Shown here one piece after another: positions 1 through 14,339 of a stretch of DNA of 64,000 nt. Below the pieces are notes generated by a model. That model did no database searches. It was not told where the DNA came from and saw only the letters and a list, made by a program, of their open reading frames with translations. The translations under genes and the position numbers were made by a program. Each line of letters begins with the position of its first letter. Position 1 is the stretch's first letter. The stretch is from Camelus ferus (lineage: Eukaryota): assembly GCF_009834535.1 (NCBI RefSeq), contig NC_045701.1:66216001-66280000 (forward strand). Reading direction: 5' to 3'.

Positions 1-3000
1 GGTTCTATAAAACCTCTTCCGCTCAGGGTCTGTCTCAGGGCCTGTGCCTCCAGCTCCTACTGCCCAAGCAGCCGCGCCCTTCCTGGGGTGGGAAGATGCC
101 CTGGAGCTGAAAGGTCAGCTTTCTTTATTTCCCATGAACAACAAAAAGGGAAAAGCATCAAAAACATTACTTAGCCGAGATAAGAGGATCTGGGAAATGT
201 GTCTAGAGGGTCAGGTTGATGACTCTGTTCTCCCCTTTACCTGTGAGTGGTGGAGAGGCAGGTGCTGTTGGCAAAGACCTGGGCAGCTCCAAGGGCAGCT
301 TGGAGACAAGGGAGAAAGGAGAGGAGCATCCCTGCCTCAGCCGGTGTCAGCCCCGTGGTGGGGCTGGTCCAGCAGGCGGCTCGCTCTCTCCCGGGGCTTC
401 ATACTTTCCCCCAGCATTCTAGTCCCTCTCCCAGATTCCTCTGAACACCTCCCAAGGCTGGAGCCCCTGATGAGGAGGGCCCAGCCAATTCCTTCCAGCA
501 GCAGGGGCGTCTGCCTTCCTGTCCCTCCTTCCCCCCAGGTGTAAGGTGGCCAGTGGGCCCTGAGCCCAGCCCAGCTGCAGCTCACTCTTATGGAACATTG
601 ATGGGTCCTGTCTCAGGAAGTTAAGACTCACAGTGTCCACTAGGTGCCAGGGGACCCTGGTGGCCTCATTTCCCAAATCCCAGGCCACAACCTGCACAGG
701 TGTGGAAAGATGATCTGTGAAATCAGTGGTCACTATACCAAAAAGACTTGCAGAGACTTTCTCCCCACAGATATTTGGGTCCAAGAGTTTCATCTTTGGT
801 TCTGCTTCCTTAAGGTGACCCTGCGATACTGAGCTGTCCCAAAGGGCTGGGGGAAAGAGCTAACCTATCACCTCCATGTACCGGGCTCAGCCTGGCTCTA
901 GTGACACTGGGATTTGGTCTCACTTTCTAGCTCCACTAGCATTTCTCACAGTGGACCGTGGTGTCCCACAGCACAGCTGCAGCATTTCTGCTTGTTCTCT
1001 CCCAGCTGGAGGGTGCCTGCAGGCCCCTCTTTTTATAATCAACTTGTGTTCTCCAGACTTCTGGAATGACAGCATTTGGAGGTGGGCAGTGGCTAGGTGG
1101 CAGCTGAAGGATCTCCTCAGGTCCCTCTGTCCATCACTCCCTGCCCCTTCTGAGGTGCTGGCATCGAGGTGACATTGTGTCGTTAGGTTCAGGAGATGGG
1201 TCCACTCTCCAGATCACAGCACAGCTGTACGATGAAATAACACCCATTACTTTCAGGCTTCACTGGAGTCGTGTGATGATTCGCCCCGACCAAAGTTAAA
1301 TGAGTTTATTATGCAAACAAGTTACGTTTCTTCCTCCCCGTCCCCCAAGGAGCTGTAAGAGGCTTTTGAGGGCCTGTTTGAAAATGACTCTCACCTGCAC
1401 AAGGCCTGGAACTCAGGCAGAAACCTTGCAGGCAGTTCAACTTCCTTCTGTCCAAGACCTGGAAATAATAAAGCAGTTTCTTTAGTGCTGTGGCTGTGGT
1501 GGCAGGTGAACCTAGGCTTTGAGGCAGGAGCTCTGCCCATGACCAGCTGCATGACCTAGGCCAAGGCGTGGCCACGTCTCAGCTCACTGGCTGGCACTGT
1601 CTCATCTAGAAAATGGGAGTGGATCGAATTGTGGTTTTTAAACTGTGTTACAGGGTGATTCTAGAGGTGCCTTGACTCCCCCACAGCAGGGGTGAGGAAC
1701 AGAAGTTGGGCCTCCAAGGCCCCCCTCCCATTTCACCCATTGCCTCCGCCCTATGATCTGCTTTACATGTTAAGCTTGTCTTTACTATGCTGTTTGAAGA
1801 ATTCTGCTAACATTTTTTGGAGCCCCTTGGACTTGATGATTTCTGTCTAAACCTTAACTTGTCATCACCATGCATTCACAGGCAGGATTCCTGCCATCTG
1901 CCGTCTCAGATCTAGGGCCAGGCAAGTGGCGGAGGCCAGGACCAACATCCCCTGAGCATACCAGGCTGCCTGGAATGAACAAAAGGGACACGCACTGGGG
2001 ACTGTGTCATTTCTACCTCCATTCTGCCACTTCTGAAAGGGACAGTGTCATAAGCCGTCCTTCCCCGGGTTTAAGGTGTACCTGGCTCCAACCCCACACC
2101 CTCATTCTCAGTGCCTGAGGGACTCAGGGATGAGGGATCCTGGGTGCTGGTCCTATTCTCAAAGTTTGTTCCCTGGGGGAGAAGGGAAAGCCAGGCTGGA
2201 TCTCCTGCCTTCCTGAGAATGGAACCCATGGGCAGCTCACATGTCCACTGGGCTCTCGCTGACCTCTTGAAAGTGAGATAAGTTTGACCCAAAGTATCTT
2301 CCCACAGGAAGACCTGAGGAAGTCTCAGGCCTGCACAGGGTTTCTGCTAATCCCTAAACTCTCATTTCCTTGTTTGGGGATCAATCTGCTGCCCAGGGTT
2401 GATGGTGTTTGTTGCACAAGCAGACATGGAGCCTGGTTCATCCCCCCTTCTCCCTGCCTGTCCCCACCGCCACACAGATGCAGCAGCCTCCAACAAAGTC
2501 TTTGGAAGTCTAGTAGACTGTGCTGAGGGGAAGGTTTACCAAAGAGCAGGGTGGAGGAGGCATTTAGGTCCCAGAGGTGCAAGCACTTAGCTGGGTGCCA
2601 GCTCCCTGGTTTCTCAAGCCTCCCAGGCACCCCATCCCGCTACCACCAGAGCTGGCATTGGTCACCGCTGTCTTCACGCTGTAGGACCCAGGCTCTGGCA
2701 TCTTCCCTGGATCTTCTCTCCTCTGCCCTTTCCCATCACCCCTCCTCCCCACTCTCCTCCAGGATTTCCCCCAGCTCCAAGTTCCTCTCACTCTGTGATG
2801 CGAGGCCCTTTCCAGCCCCGACTCCCACACTTGGCTTTTGCATCTCCAAACATGAAGGAGCTCAGCAGAGTAGATGGGCCTTTCTTTAAGAGGACCCGCC
2901 TAACTTAGAAGGTACCTATGGGTCTAAGTAGTGTTTTTCCCTCACTTCCAGCTGGTTCAGTTGGGAGGCCAGTGTTGTCCATCAAGCTCTGGTTGAGCCC

Positions 3001-3484
3001 TTGTTGCACTCAGAGCACTGGGAATAGGAGTAAAGTTGGAGGCAAAGCTTGGAAAAATCCCTCCTGGGTTCCCTGGTTCATGCTGGATGGCACCTGTGTC
3101 CGCCCTGTCACGTAAGCTAGAGTCTTGGCCCTCATATCATCCCAGACTCTGCTCTCCCCATTCTTATCTATTCCACCAACTCTGCTGATTTTTATAGGCA
3201 ATAACCAATAACTCTATTATCATGAATAACTCTAATCTGCCTCTTTGTTGGGCTGTGGTGCCCTCAAAGCCACCGTCTCCGGGTCTAAAACTGCAATTTG
3301 ACCTCACGAGTGCCTGATTTGAAATCCACTGGCAGCTCCCCTCATCTGCAAGAAGCAGCCCAACCTTCTTGCAAGGACTACACGGCCCGCCCTGCTCTGA
3401 TCCCTACTTCTCTCTCTGACCTTAACTCCCTCTAACCACCCCCCCACCACTGCCCACTACTTACCTGCTAGTAATACCAGACAC

Positions 3485-3669
3485 CTTTTTTTTTTAACAA
3501 ATGATTCCATTAAAAAAAAACTGAAGTATAGTCAGTTACAATGTGTCAATTTCTGGTGTACAGCACAATGTCCTAGTCATGCATATATATATACATATAT
3601 TCATTTTCATATTCTTTTTCATTAAATGTTGTTACAAGATATTGAATATAGTTCCCTGTGCTATACACC
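3485..3669 (-). mobile_element. 5'-truncated L1 3' tail
   Basis: polyT, then gaagtatagtcagttacaatgtgtcaatttctggtgtacagc...aatatagttccctgtgctatac. Confidence 0.75.
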
Positions 3670-4340
3670 ATCTTTTGATAACCTTGAATGTAATATTCCT
3701 TGCATATGCTGTTCCTTCTGTCTGGAAGGCATCTCCCACTTCCTCCTCCTCTCAGTTTCCTAAGATACTCCTATTCATTCTTCCAAACCCTGCTCAGCTG
3801 TCCCCTCCTCTCAGAGAACTCCCTTGGCTGAACAACTAAACCATTTATCTCCCTGGTCTATTCTCTTCCTGTACCTCATACAAACTTGCAATGCAGCAAG
3901 GTACCCTGGTGCTTTATAATGATCCCAGCTGCCCACTTACCAGCTGTGTGACCTGAGGTGTGTTACTTAACCTCTCTGTTCACTTACTTCATCTAGTTCA
4001 CGTGAGGAGTGACTGAGTTAACAAACATTTTGATGTTCCTAAAACAGTGCCTGGCAAAGAGGAGGAGCTCAATAAGCATTGAGTATTGTTTAAATGATTG
4101 ATTTGTACAATGCTTGCTTCTGTACTTGCCTGTAAGCTCCCTGAGGGCAGGGAATCATCTGGCCTCAGGGCCCAGGCTATAACAGGTGATTTGTTAATGC
4201 TCTCTGACTTGAGCCCTTTGCAGTCCCTTTGCAAAGAGAAGCTCTCAGAAGAAAAACAGCAATGCAAGCTTAAGTGATGAGGAAAGCCACCTGTCGTGGT
4301 GAGGGGGACTGGGCATTAGAGAGCACAGCAGTTGAGGACA

Positions 4341-4877
4341 TGTGACCCAACCAGGTTCATTTGCCCAAGGCCCAGCAAGTCAAACACTGAGCCATCTAGG
4401 TTTGTGGCAGAGAAAAGGTTTATTCCAAAGGCAGCCAAGTGAAGAGACAGGAGAACAAATCTCATATCTGCCCTCCCGAAGGCTAGGGGCTTGGGGTATT
4501 TCTGGGATAAAGAGGCAGGGTGGTCTGAGACATGGGGAGAGGTGATTGGAGGAAAAGGAAAGGTGAGGTGACCAGTGCTCCGCCCAGGCATATTGAGTCA
4601 CTCACTTCTTCATTGGACGCATGTGCAAGCTTCAGAGGAGTTGGTATGAAATATGGGGGAATTTGGGGATGTGACGTCAAAAGGTCACCTATCAGACAAG
4701 TGAGTCTAGTTTGTGCAGGCTCTAATCAGCCAGGTTGAGTCTGTCCGGTTTCTTTCCTAGCGTCAGAGGGATTTTTAATAAGTCCTTCCCTTATCTGCTG
4801 TTCTGTAAGAACAACTCAAGAATTTCTGTTAGTCACCAGTTTCTATTATGGGGTTTTAACCCAATGGGGCAGTTTCA
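4341..4877 (-). mobile_element. ERV1-like solo LTR
   Basis: Minus strand starts TG (tgaaactgcccc), has AATAAA (plus tttatt ~4419) and ends ...gaacctggttgggtcaCA. Confidence 0.6.
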
Positions 4878-4899
4878 GTCCCTCCCTATTTCTCTCTCT

Positions 4900-5040
4900 C
4901 TTTCTTTTTTTTTTTTGTTATTGAAATATAATATACAATGTTGTGTTGATTTCTGGTGTACAGCATAGTGATTCAGTTACACATATATATATTATATATA
5001 TATATAAAATATATATTCCTTTTCATATTCTTTTTCATCT
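4900..5040 (-). mobile_element. 5'-truncated L1 3' tail
   Basis: polyT, then ttattgaaatataat...ggtgtacagcatagtgattcagttacac. Confidence 0.7.
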
Positions 5041-5458
5041 TTTGATTGAATTCTTCAATCTTGAAGGAAGAGAGCTACTTCCTGCTGATAAGGGGCATGC
5101 CTAAGGAGGACTTGAGGAATGAAATTGTTTTGCATTTGATTGCAACCATGGGACCAAGGCTTTGGGTCTGGACCTTTATGCTGAATGATCATCATATGGG
5201 TTGAAGTTTTGGGCTTAAGGATATGCAACAAAGAGCAAGCTCAAAGTTTGAATGAGAAGGAATATAAATCATAGCAAGCACAAAACAATGACCCTTAGTT
5301 TAAGTAATCCCTCAAATATAGACCTGATTCCTGATGGGATCCATGAAAAGATATTTCCTAAAAGATCGAATCCAGGTTCTTGTGTTGACACTTGTTGGCA
5401 TCAAGCTGTCTACTTTTATCCCAGTAGGTTTTAACTTCCGATGTGATATTAACATATA

Positions 5459-5569
5459 TGTAACGGAAGCTATTGGCCACTACACATATGTCCCTTTCTA
5501 TGCTGCAAACCTCAGCGCCACAGCGTTTGGCTTGCTGCATGTCGGGCAAAAGAACCTGGTTCGGTAACA
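5459..5569 (+). mobile_element. Short remnant of a related LTR
   Basis: TGtaac...gaacctggttcggtaaCA; the last 49 nt match the 4341-4389 LTR end at 39/49 positions. Confidence 0.5.
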
Positions 5570-7649
5570 GGCGGACAGAGCTGAGCTCCAAGTTTGCCAC
5601 TTACTGGTTGCTGAACCTCTCTGTGCCTCAGCTTCCTCATCAGTGAAATAGAAAAACAAATACCCTCATCTCTTAGAGTTGTTGTAAGAGATTTCAATAA
5701 TGTCAATAAGACAGAAAAGTGGGTGTCTCGGCCCCTCATAAATTCTCCTTAATCTAGAGGTGAAGGTACTTAAATTCTTTTAAGAGCAAAGAGAGGAGGC
5801 AACCAGGGTAGACACAGACCCCTCACTCACACACACATCTGGGCTTCACCGCAGCACGGTGGGCTGGACAGGGAGGCCCTAAAGGTTAGGGCTGGAGACA
5901 AGGGACTGAAGTTGGCCTGGGTGGAAGGGGGAAGCCTTGGGCAGGAGGGACGGGCAGATGCAGAAAAGTACTGTGTGTTTGGAGGACAGTGAGCTGCCCA
6001 GCTGGGCTGGGGCCAAGAGCTCCCGCCAGTAGGAGCCATTGTGAGCACAAATGGAAGAGGAGTCGGGGGAGGCTGCAGCAGACGCTGAATCTAATAATAA
6101 TAAATATTAATAGTAGTAATAAAAGTGAACACTTATGGACTATTACCACGGGTCACACAATGTTCGAAATCTTTATGTGAACAAACTCATTTAATTATCT
6201 GGACGCCACTCAGAGATATATGTACTATTTTTATCCTCAAATCACCCTGAGGGACCTGAGCCCTAGTGAGATCAGGGGACTTGACCTGGCCATGCTGCTG
6301 GTACATGGCAGAGCTCTGACCCTTGGCTACCCCAGCCTTGACACCTCCTGCCTTCGGCCCATCTGTTTCCTGCCCAAGTGATGGCGCAAAGGCCAAAGCA
6401 GCTCCTGAGACAGTGTGATGTGGGAGTAGGAACAGGGAGTTGTCCGTGGGTTCCAGTCCCAACTCCACCGCCGCCCTCACTGTGCGACCTTGCATATATG
6501 TCCTCACTTTTAAGCCTCAGTTTTCTCATCTGTAAAATGGGAACAAAAAGCCCTCCCTTCCGGGATTGTTGATAGCTCAAATACTGGTACATACGCTGTG
6601 CGTGGGAGCCAGCCCATGAGAACAGTGAAATAACCAGTGACTATCTCCAGCCCCTATTCAGCCCTCCCAACTCTGTAGGGCCTGGAGGGATGTAGCCCCT
6701 AGCTTGTAGTCAGAATGAGAGGTCTGGGAGTAAGGGGACTTTGGAGGATAAGACAGGAAAACGAAGTGCCCTTCTGCGCAGGGGCACTCTGGACCTGGGT
6801 CCTCACCGGCCGAGAAGCAGCTGAGAATCATCAGCCAGGGCAGTGGGCAGGCCCTGAGGCAGGGCTGTACGCACAGCCAGCTCTTTGGGTCCTAGGAGTG
6901 CGCCTGCCTGATGCGTTCTTTGTTGGGCTATCCTCTTCCAGGCCTGTGCCAGCTCCCCTCCCTTGGCCCCCACTGCCACCCCCACCCAAGCCAAGCTGAG
7001 AACAGCTGCAACTGGGCCAGACTTGGCATGCATGGCTCATGGGCCTTCCGCAATCCCTGCTGCCCACGGTGGGGCCCTCCGGCCTGCTGACGTCCAGCTG
7101 GCATGGAGCAAAGGCTGCCCTGGACATCCATCTTCCCCTGCCTCTCTGTGCCCTCCTTCAAAGGGCAAGAGGAGGGCCATGACATTTGGGGACGCATCCC
7201 ATGTAGCAGGCAAGTGCGGAGGACTTTATATGCCTTCACCCATCACATCCTCTCTCGTCCCTCTTGTGGCCACAGCCCCTAATGGATTTCCCTGCCTCAC
7301 CCACCCCTCTCCCTGCCACGCCCCACCCGCCAACAATCTGTTCTCAACACAGCAGCCAGGCTGAGCCCTTTGGAATGTGTGTCAGATCATGTCATTCCTG
7401 CTCAAAACCTGCCAGTGACTGTCTCTCTGATTCAGAGGAAAAACTAACTAGCAGTGTGACCTTCAACAAGTCATGTCATTTTTCTGCTTCATTTCTGCCC
7501 ATCGAAAATGCAGACACCTGCCTCATAAGATGATAGTAAGTGTTAAATGCGTTAACAGAGATAACTGCTTGGAATAAGGCATGGCTTGGGGTAAATGCTA
7601 AATGATTATTAGCTGTATCGTTATTGTTTTTACAGTAGCCCACAGGGCC

Positions 7650-8060
7650 TTACACAATCTGCTTTCTACCTGGCTCCCTTTGCTGCAGACTCTCAGTTTC
7701 TTCCAGAGCCAGGCATACTTCCCACCCCAGGGCCTTTGCACCTGCGGCTTCTCTGCCTGAAACACTTCTCTGCAAATATTACCTTCAGGTTCTCCCTGAT
7801 CACTCTGTTTAATATGGAGCACTCCCCTACCCACCCCTTACCCTATTACCTACCCTACTTTATTTTCCTCCATAGCATTTATCAACGTCTGGTACATGGC
7901 ATCTCATCTATTTACTGTCTGCCTCCCCACCACACGCACTGAGTGTAAGCTCTATGGGGACAGGGATTTGTGTCTCTCTTGTCCACAACTCTATCCTCAA
8001 CACCCAGACATTGCCTGACATAGGATAGGAGGGCCGCATTATTTGTTGGATCAATGAATG
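7650..8060 (+). mobile_element. L2 3' end
   Basis: agggcctttgcacctg...gtaagctctatggggacagg...ttgttggatcaatgaatgaa. Confidence 0.7.
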
Positions 8061-8316
8061 AAACTTCCCAGCAGCCCCAAGAGACAGATATTTGCACCCA
8101 CATTTTATAGAGGGGCTTTGAGGGAAAGTCTCAGCAGGCTGGGAGCTTGCCTCAGACTGTGGTTTGAGGGATGAGGACTGACTTCAGAGCCCCATTCTCT
8201 CCCTGCTCAAGTGACTAGTGATTGTCAGCCCTTCACCCCCACCAAGTCCCTGGCACAGTGCTTTGTTCTGAGTGTGAAGGGGCCTCTGGAAGTGTCAGAA
8301 AGGCAAGAAGGTATTT

Positions 8317-8455
8317 TTTTTTAATTTTGTTTTTTATTGAAGTGTAGTTGATTTACAATGTTAGTTTCAAATGTACAGCAAAGCAACTTAGTTATACATA
8401 CACATACATATATATATTTTTTCAGATTCTTTCCCATTATATGTTATTACAAAAG
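8317..8455 (-). mobile_element. 5'-truncated L1 3' tail with a perfect 12-bp target-site duplication (TSD)
   Basis: aagaaggtattt at 8305-8316 and 8456-8467 flank ttattgaagtgtagttgatttacaatg... Confidence 0.8.
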
Positions 8456-8466
8456 AAGAAGGTATT

Positions 8467-8848
8467 TGTCTGAGTCAGCTCAGGCTTCCATGACACAATA
8501 CGACAGACTGGGTAAACAGTCTTTTAAACTGTTCTGCTAACTACAGAAATTTGTTTCCTCACTGTTCTGGAAGATGGAAGTCTGAGATCAGGGTGCCCGC
8601 ATAGGCAGGGTCTGGTCAGGACACTCTTCCTGGCTTGCAGACGGCTGCCTTCTCACTGTGTTCTCAAGTGACAGAGAGAGAGCAAATGCTTCCTCTTCTC
8701 AGAAGGCCCCAGTCCCATCTGATTCTGGCCCCACCTATTGACCTCATTTAACCTTAACTATGGCCTAAAGACCCTTTCTCCAGATACAGTCACACTGGGG
8801 TTTTGGGCTTCAGCATGTGAATCTGGGGGACACACTTCAGTCCATAGT
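8467..8848. mobile_element. MLT1-type (ERVL-MaLR) solo LTR
   Basis: tgtctgagtcagctcagg...aagtctgagatcagggtg...acacttcagtccatag; ggtatt on both flanks. Confidence 0.75.
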
Positions 8849-10760
8849 GGTATTTCAGAAGCCACTGAAAGGGGAGGAGAAGGGTCCCCAGGAGGCGGTC
8901 CTGTGCTGCCTGCCTCACGTTTTCCTGTGGGCAATGCATATGCGGACCGTGGGAATGCAGCGCTCAGCCCTGTCCTGGATCTGATGCGAATCAGCAGAGT
9001 GATGAGCACAATCTCATTTTATCCTCACAACAACCAGATGAGGTAGGTGTTATCACCCCATTCTACAGGTGAATAAATTGAGGCTCAGAGAAGCGTACTT
9101 AGTTGCCCAAAGCCCCCCACCTGGGAAATGGCAGGTCTGTTCGACGCCAAAGCCTGTGTTCTTAGCTGCTCTGTGAAGTTCCCTTGAAACTGTCAGAGGA
9201 CGTCTCCCTCGGCCCACAGGACTGAGGGGCCACGGCCTGCCCTCTAGGAGCCGGGCATCCCCTCGGGACAAGATAAGCGCGTGGGGTGTGGAAGTGGCGC
9301 AAAGTGCCAGGTGCAGGAGGAGCTCAGATGGCAATGTGGGCTGGGCTGCTCACCAGGGGTGAGAAGTTCAGTCAGATGAAGAGAGAGGGTGGGCATTCCT
9401 GGGAGAACTGCAGTCTCCTTCGCAGGAGGACGTGGTGAGGTGGGAAGCCGTGAGCTCAGTGCCTGGAGCAGAGAGGATCAAGGGCAGACGTGGCAGGAAA
9501 GCTGAGGTGGGGGGAGGCAGGGACAGGGGTTGGAGGGCCCGGAATGTGCCTGCAATTCTGCAGAAGGTGGTATTCATGTGCTCTTCCTCCACTGGGGGCA
9601 GAGAGGCCTGGGGAAGAGTTGGCATCAACCGGATGTCACTTCTGAGGTCCGTAGCTCCCTTTGGTATCTGGCTGGGCCAAGAGGGCCAGTGCAAATAAAG
9701 AGCAAGGTTGGCGTGAGGTGCACAGCAAAGGACAGAGCTGAGCTGAGCTTTCCTGGGGGAGGCGAGATGGCAGCTGTGAGCAGTCCCAGCGACCCTCCCA
9801 CTGCAGCTGTGACCTCAGGAAAGATCACATGGCTGGTGGCACCTTCCCAGATTCACTGACTCCACCTTGCCCGGCGGCAACTTTTGGAGCCCCTCACAAG
9901 AGGGTGCGTCTCACCGCGGTGTGCTGGTGAATGTTCAACAACTGGCTCTCTTGGGGGCAGAGTGGGGTGCGACACTGTTTTGTAGCATTCAGTGATTTTC
10001 ATGATGCAAATACTCCCCTGTGACTAATATCAGCTACCAATACGATGTCACTGATCGCAGAGCCAGAGGCGAGAGTCACTCTGTTATTGGCTACTGGGAG
10101 CCCATATGAGCTGGCCCCTGCACACCGTTGCTTCCACCTCCCCCAAGACCCATGGCTCCAACAGCAGCATTAGCAGGGCACCTGGGAGGAAGGAGCCAGC
10201 CACTCTGGGTGTCCCAGAGCCTTGGGGCTCTCAGGTCCAATTGGATCTTCCCCTGGAGGGCACCTGATGTCTTATCCCAGTTAGTCCTTCAAGAGTCCCC
10301 AGGGTGGGTCCAAGTGCTCCACATATGAGCATCAAAGTCAGAAAGCACCAAGGTCCCAGAAGTCCTAAGTTAGACCTAAGTCCCAGAAGGAGGCCATGGA
10401 GCAGCTGAGACCAAAGGGAATGCAGGTGTCATGTGTAGCTGCAGGCCTGGTCTCGCCAGCCCGGTACCCACTCTTCATTTGACTGCCAGTCTTCAGGACC
10501 TCTTGCCAAAAGACCCATCTTGGAATCTTGTGTTTTCTTGTCCTCCTCTGCCCCTCCTGGGGTAGACCCTAAGGGACTGAGATCATGGCTCACAGGGTTG
10601 AAGTTACCCGAGGGGGACCACAGACACCCCCAATGCCAAGAGTGGCAGCTTGGGGGGATGGAGGAGGCAGTTGTGGAAGACTAGAGGCCACCACAGACCT
10701 CCCACTTCTGCTGCTGGTACGAGGATCAGGCAGCCTTGTGGCGGGCGGCTGGCCGGCTGA

Positions 10761-11087
<327 letters not shown>

Positions 11088-11346
11088 TGAGGGTAGGGTA
11101 CGACCTGTTGTCTTGCTGTGGTCTAACAGAGAGTCTGGAAAACAAATCCTTTTGGGGGCACAAGCCGCCCTGTCCCCTTCCTGGGCTAGATTCCTTCCCT
11201 CCTGTGCCCCTTCTGGGAGAGTTCTGGTCTGGCTTCCAGCCTAGAGCCAGACCTTGGCAAGACCTGTCTGTGGCTGAGGGCTCCCAGAGGCTTTGAGTGA
11301 CCTGGCCTGGACGGGGTGGGGGCCGCCTGTCCTGGTTCTTTCTCAG

Positions 11347-11436
11347 GGTGTCATCCCTCTGGGAGGCTGCCTGGTGGAGGCCAAAGAAGAGCCCAGCATG
11401 CCCTACGCCATGAAAATCTCCCACCAGGATTTCCAC
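11347..11436 (+). CDS. PLEKHD1: PLEKHD1 exon 3 (90 nt), PH domain
   Basis: ctcag|GGT...TTC CAC|gtgag; GVIPLGGCLVEAKEEPSMPYAMKISHQDFH; phase 0/0. Confidence 0.96.
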
Positions 11437-11553
11437 GTGAGTAAGGCTCTCCCCCAAGCCTGCTCTCAACAGGGACAGAGCAGTTTCTCTCAGATCTCCC
11501 ATCTCCCTGGGGACAACCCCTCCAGTGGGCTGGCCTGGGAGGAGTGTCAGTGA

Positions 11554-11736
<183 letters not shown>

Positions 11737-12504
11737 TAAGTGCACATGGGCAGGATGGGGTCCAGAAGGGGAAAGGTATGGGCTGGGCCGACCCTGATCT
11801 CCCTGCCTCTCTGCTGGGATCCCAGTGGGCACTGAGGTCCCTGGGAGAGGGCAGGGTGGGGAGGGCAGGGTGGTGGGAGTTGGTTAGGGTAGGAAGAGGA
11901 GACGGACCAGGTTTAAAGCATCTGTAGGGGGTTCTTCTATGTGAGATTTGCTTGTCCAGAATCACAGGTGGCAGATGTGGACATTGTTTGTCTCCAACTC
12001 TCAGGAGCAAATCCAGCATCACTTGGAGGATTTGGCTGCCTCCCGACACCCATCTCATCTCCCCAGGCCCATAATTAATCCTAGCACAGACCAGAGCTTG
12101 TGCTTGTAGATCAGAGTCCAGATCACAGAAACCTCTAGCCCAGCACAGTCCATTTGCACACAAACCCCTGTCCCAGCACCTGCCTATTCATGCTGGGTTG
12201 TGCTTTTAGTTCTAAAAATAATGCTGATTGCATGCCCCCTGCCAGGCCTTGTGCCAGGTGATGGGCATTCAGTGGTGGAGAAAGCGGCACAGGAAGCAAT
12301 CTCTTCCCTGCTCTGAAAGTGCTGTCGGCCCAGCCCATGGCGTCCCACTTTGCAGACTGGGCCAGCCTCTGGGGCTGTAACTGATCCACGCTGGTGACGT
12401 GCCCAGAGCCACGGGTGCCAGAGTGAATGCAAGCTGTGATTCTGGAGGAGAGGATGGCGAGTACATACCATGCACGCTTTTCCTCCTCCATCCTTCTGTT
12501 TTAA

Positions 12505-12921
<417 letters not shown>

Positions 12922-13663
12922 TAGGCAGCTCACCCTAAGCTTCCGTTTCCTCATCCTTAAAATGGAGACAAAACAGGTCCCTAGCTTTTAGAGATGGTGT
13001 GGGGATTGAGTTAAATGAGAAAATGCCCGTAAGCACTTGTGTCAGGCACACAGTAAGCACCCCACAAATGGAGCTGATGTTGTTATCCTGCCCTGGGCCC
13101 CCAGGTCCTGGACTTGGCCCCAGTACTCACCCCCAGTCCACTGTAGATCTGACCATAAGGTTCTAGGCTCCTGTGTCCTGACTCACTGGTGGGCATGCTC
13201 TGTCTGACAAAGAAGAAGGTGAATCTGGGGGGCTGGTCCTTTGCCTGGGACCCTCTCCTCTGCTGCCTCCTTAGACACGTGAGGCCCCAGTGCTGGTTCC
13301 CCTCTGCCTCTTCCAGACACACTTTGTCCCCAGGACCTGCCCTGTCCCACTAGCCAAACACTAGAACAGAGGTCAACAGCATCCCAGGGGGCACAGAGAC
13401 CCACTTGAGCTTCCAAAGATGAGCTGTCATTGTCTTGTGAATGCACAAAGCAGGGGCAGTGATGGGAAAGGAGGGTAGCAGCTCAGGACAGCACAGAGCT
13501 TCCATCCCCGGGAGCTGGCCCCACGCTCTGGTTGGCCTGGGTGAGGTGGTGCCAAACCCCTCCTTGGGAGGGGCTGGGGGAAGACGGAGGTGACTGCAGC
13601 GCCAACCCCTCGAGACCGGACCTGGAGTACGCTTTTCATGAGTCTGTGTGCTTGCTTTGGCAG

Positions 13664-13716
13664 ACAAACTGATGGAGGAGACCGAAGAGCTCTGCCTTCA
13701 GAGGGAGCAGAGAGAG
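13664..13716 (+). CDS. PLEKHD1: PLEKHD1 exon 6 (53 nt)
   Basis: ggcag|AC AAA CTG...AGA GAG|gtagg; (D)KLMEETEELCLQREQRE. Confidence 0.95.
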
Positions 13717-14339
13717 GTAGGGGCGAATGGAGGCTGCTCAGAATTGCTGCCGCTCCCCACCGCCTCCCACTCTGTGGGCCCTTTCGCAGCCAAGGTGTAC
13801 TGGCTGGTGTTCCTGGCCTTAGGGAAGGATGTAGGGGACATGGGCACCAGAGAGCTTGCTGAGAAATCAGACGGCAGATCGGGGAGGCCAAGGAGATGTC
13901 AGTGATTGGGACTTGCTGTAGCTTCTTGGCAAGAAGTGTATCTCTCCTTGCCAATCCCCAGAGAGGAAAGTAAAAAGCCTAGGTGATCACTTTCTAGAGA
14001 ACGAGCCATTCAAAAATTTTATAAGCTGTGTCAGGAGGTAATGAGCTGCTTGTCACTGGTGATATTCACAGGAGGATGTCGTGGCCTCTCTCATTCATAG
14101 AGGGGCTTCTGGCATCATAAAGGTGATTGGATTGAGTATCAGATTTCCCTCCATCCTCTAAATGTCAGCATACTAGTTCTAAGGAGTCTAAGCATTGGCT
14201 GGAGGCAGCCTGTTGCATAAAGATCCTTGCCTCATTTGGGCGTGGGGAGCGGCTGAAGTCTACTTCATTTGGGATCTCCAGGCAGCACTGGGCCTAGCCT
14301 GTTCTGAGAAGTCATTACCACCCCTGAAGGGCAGGGTAG

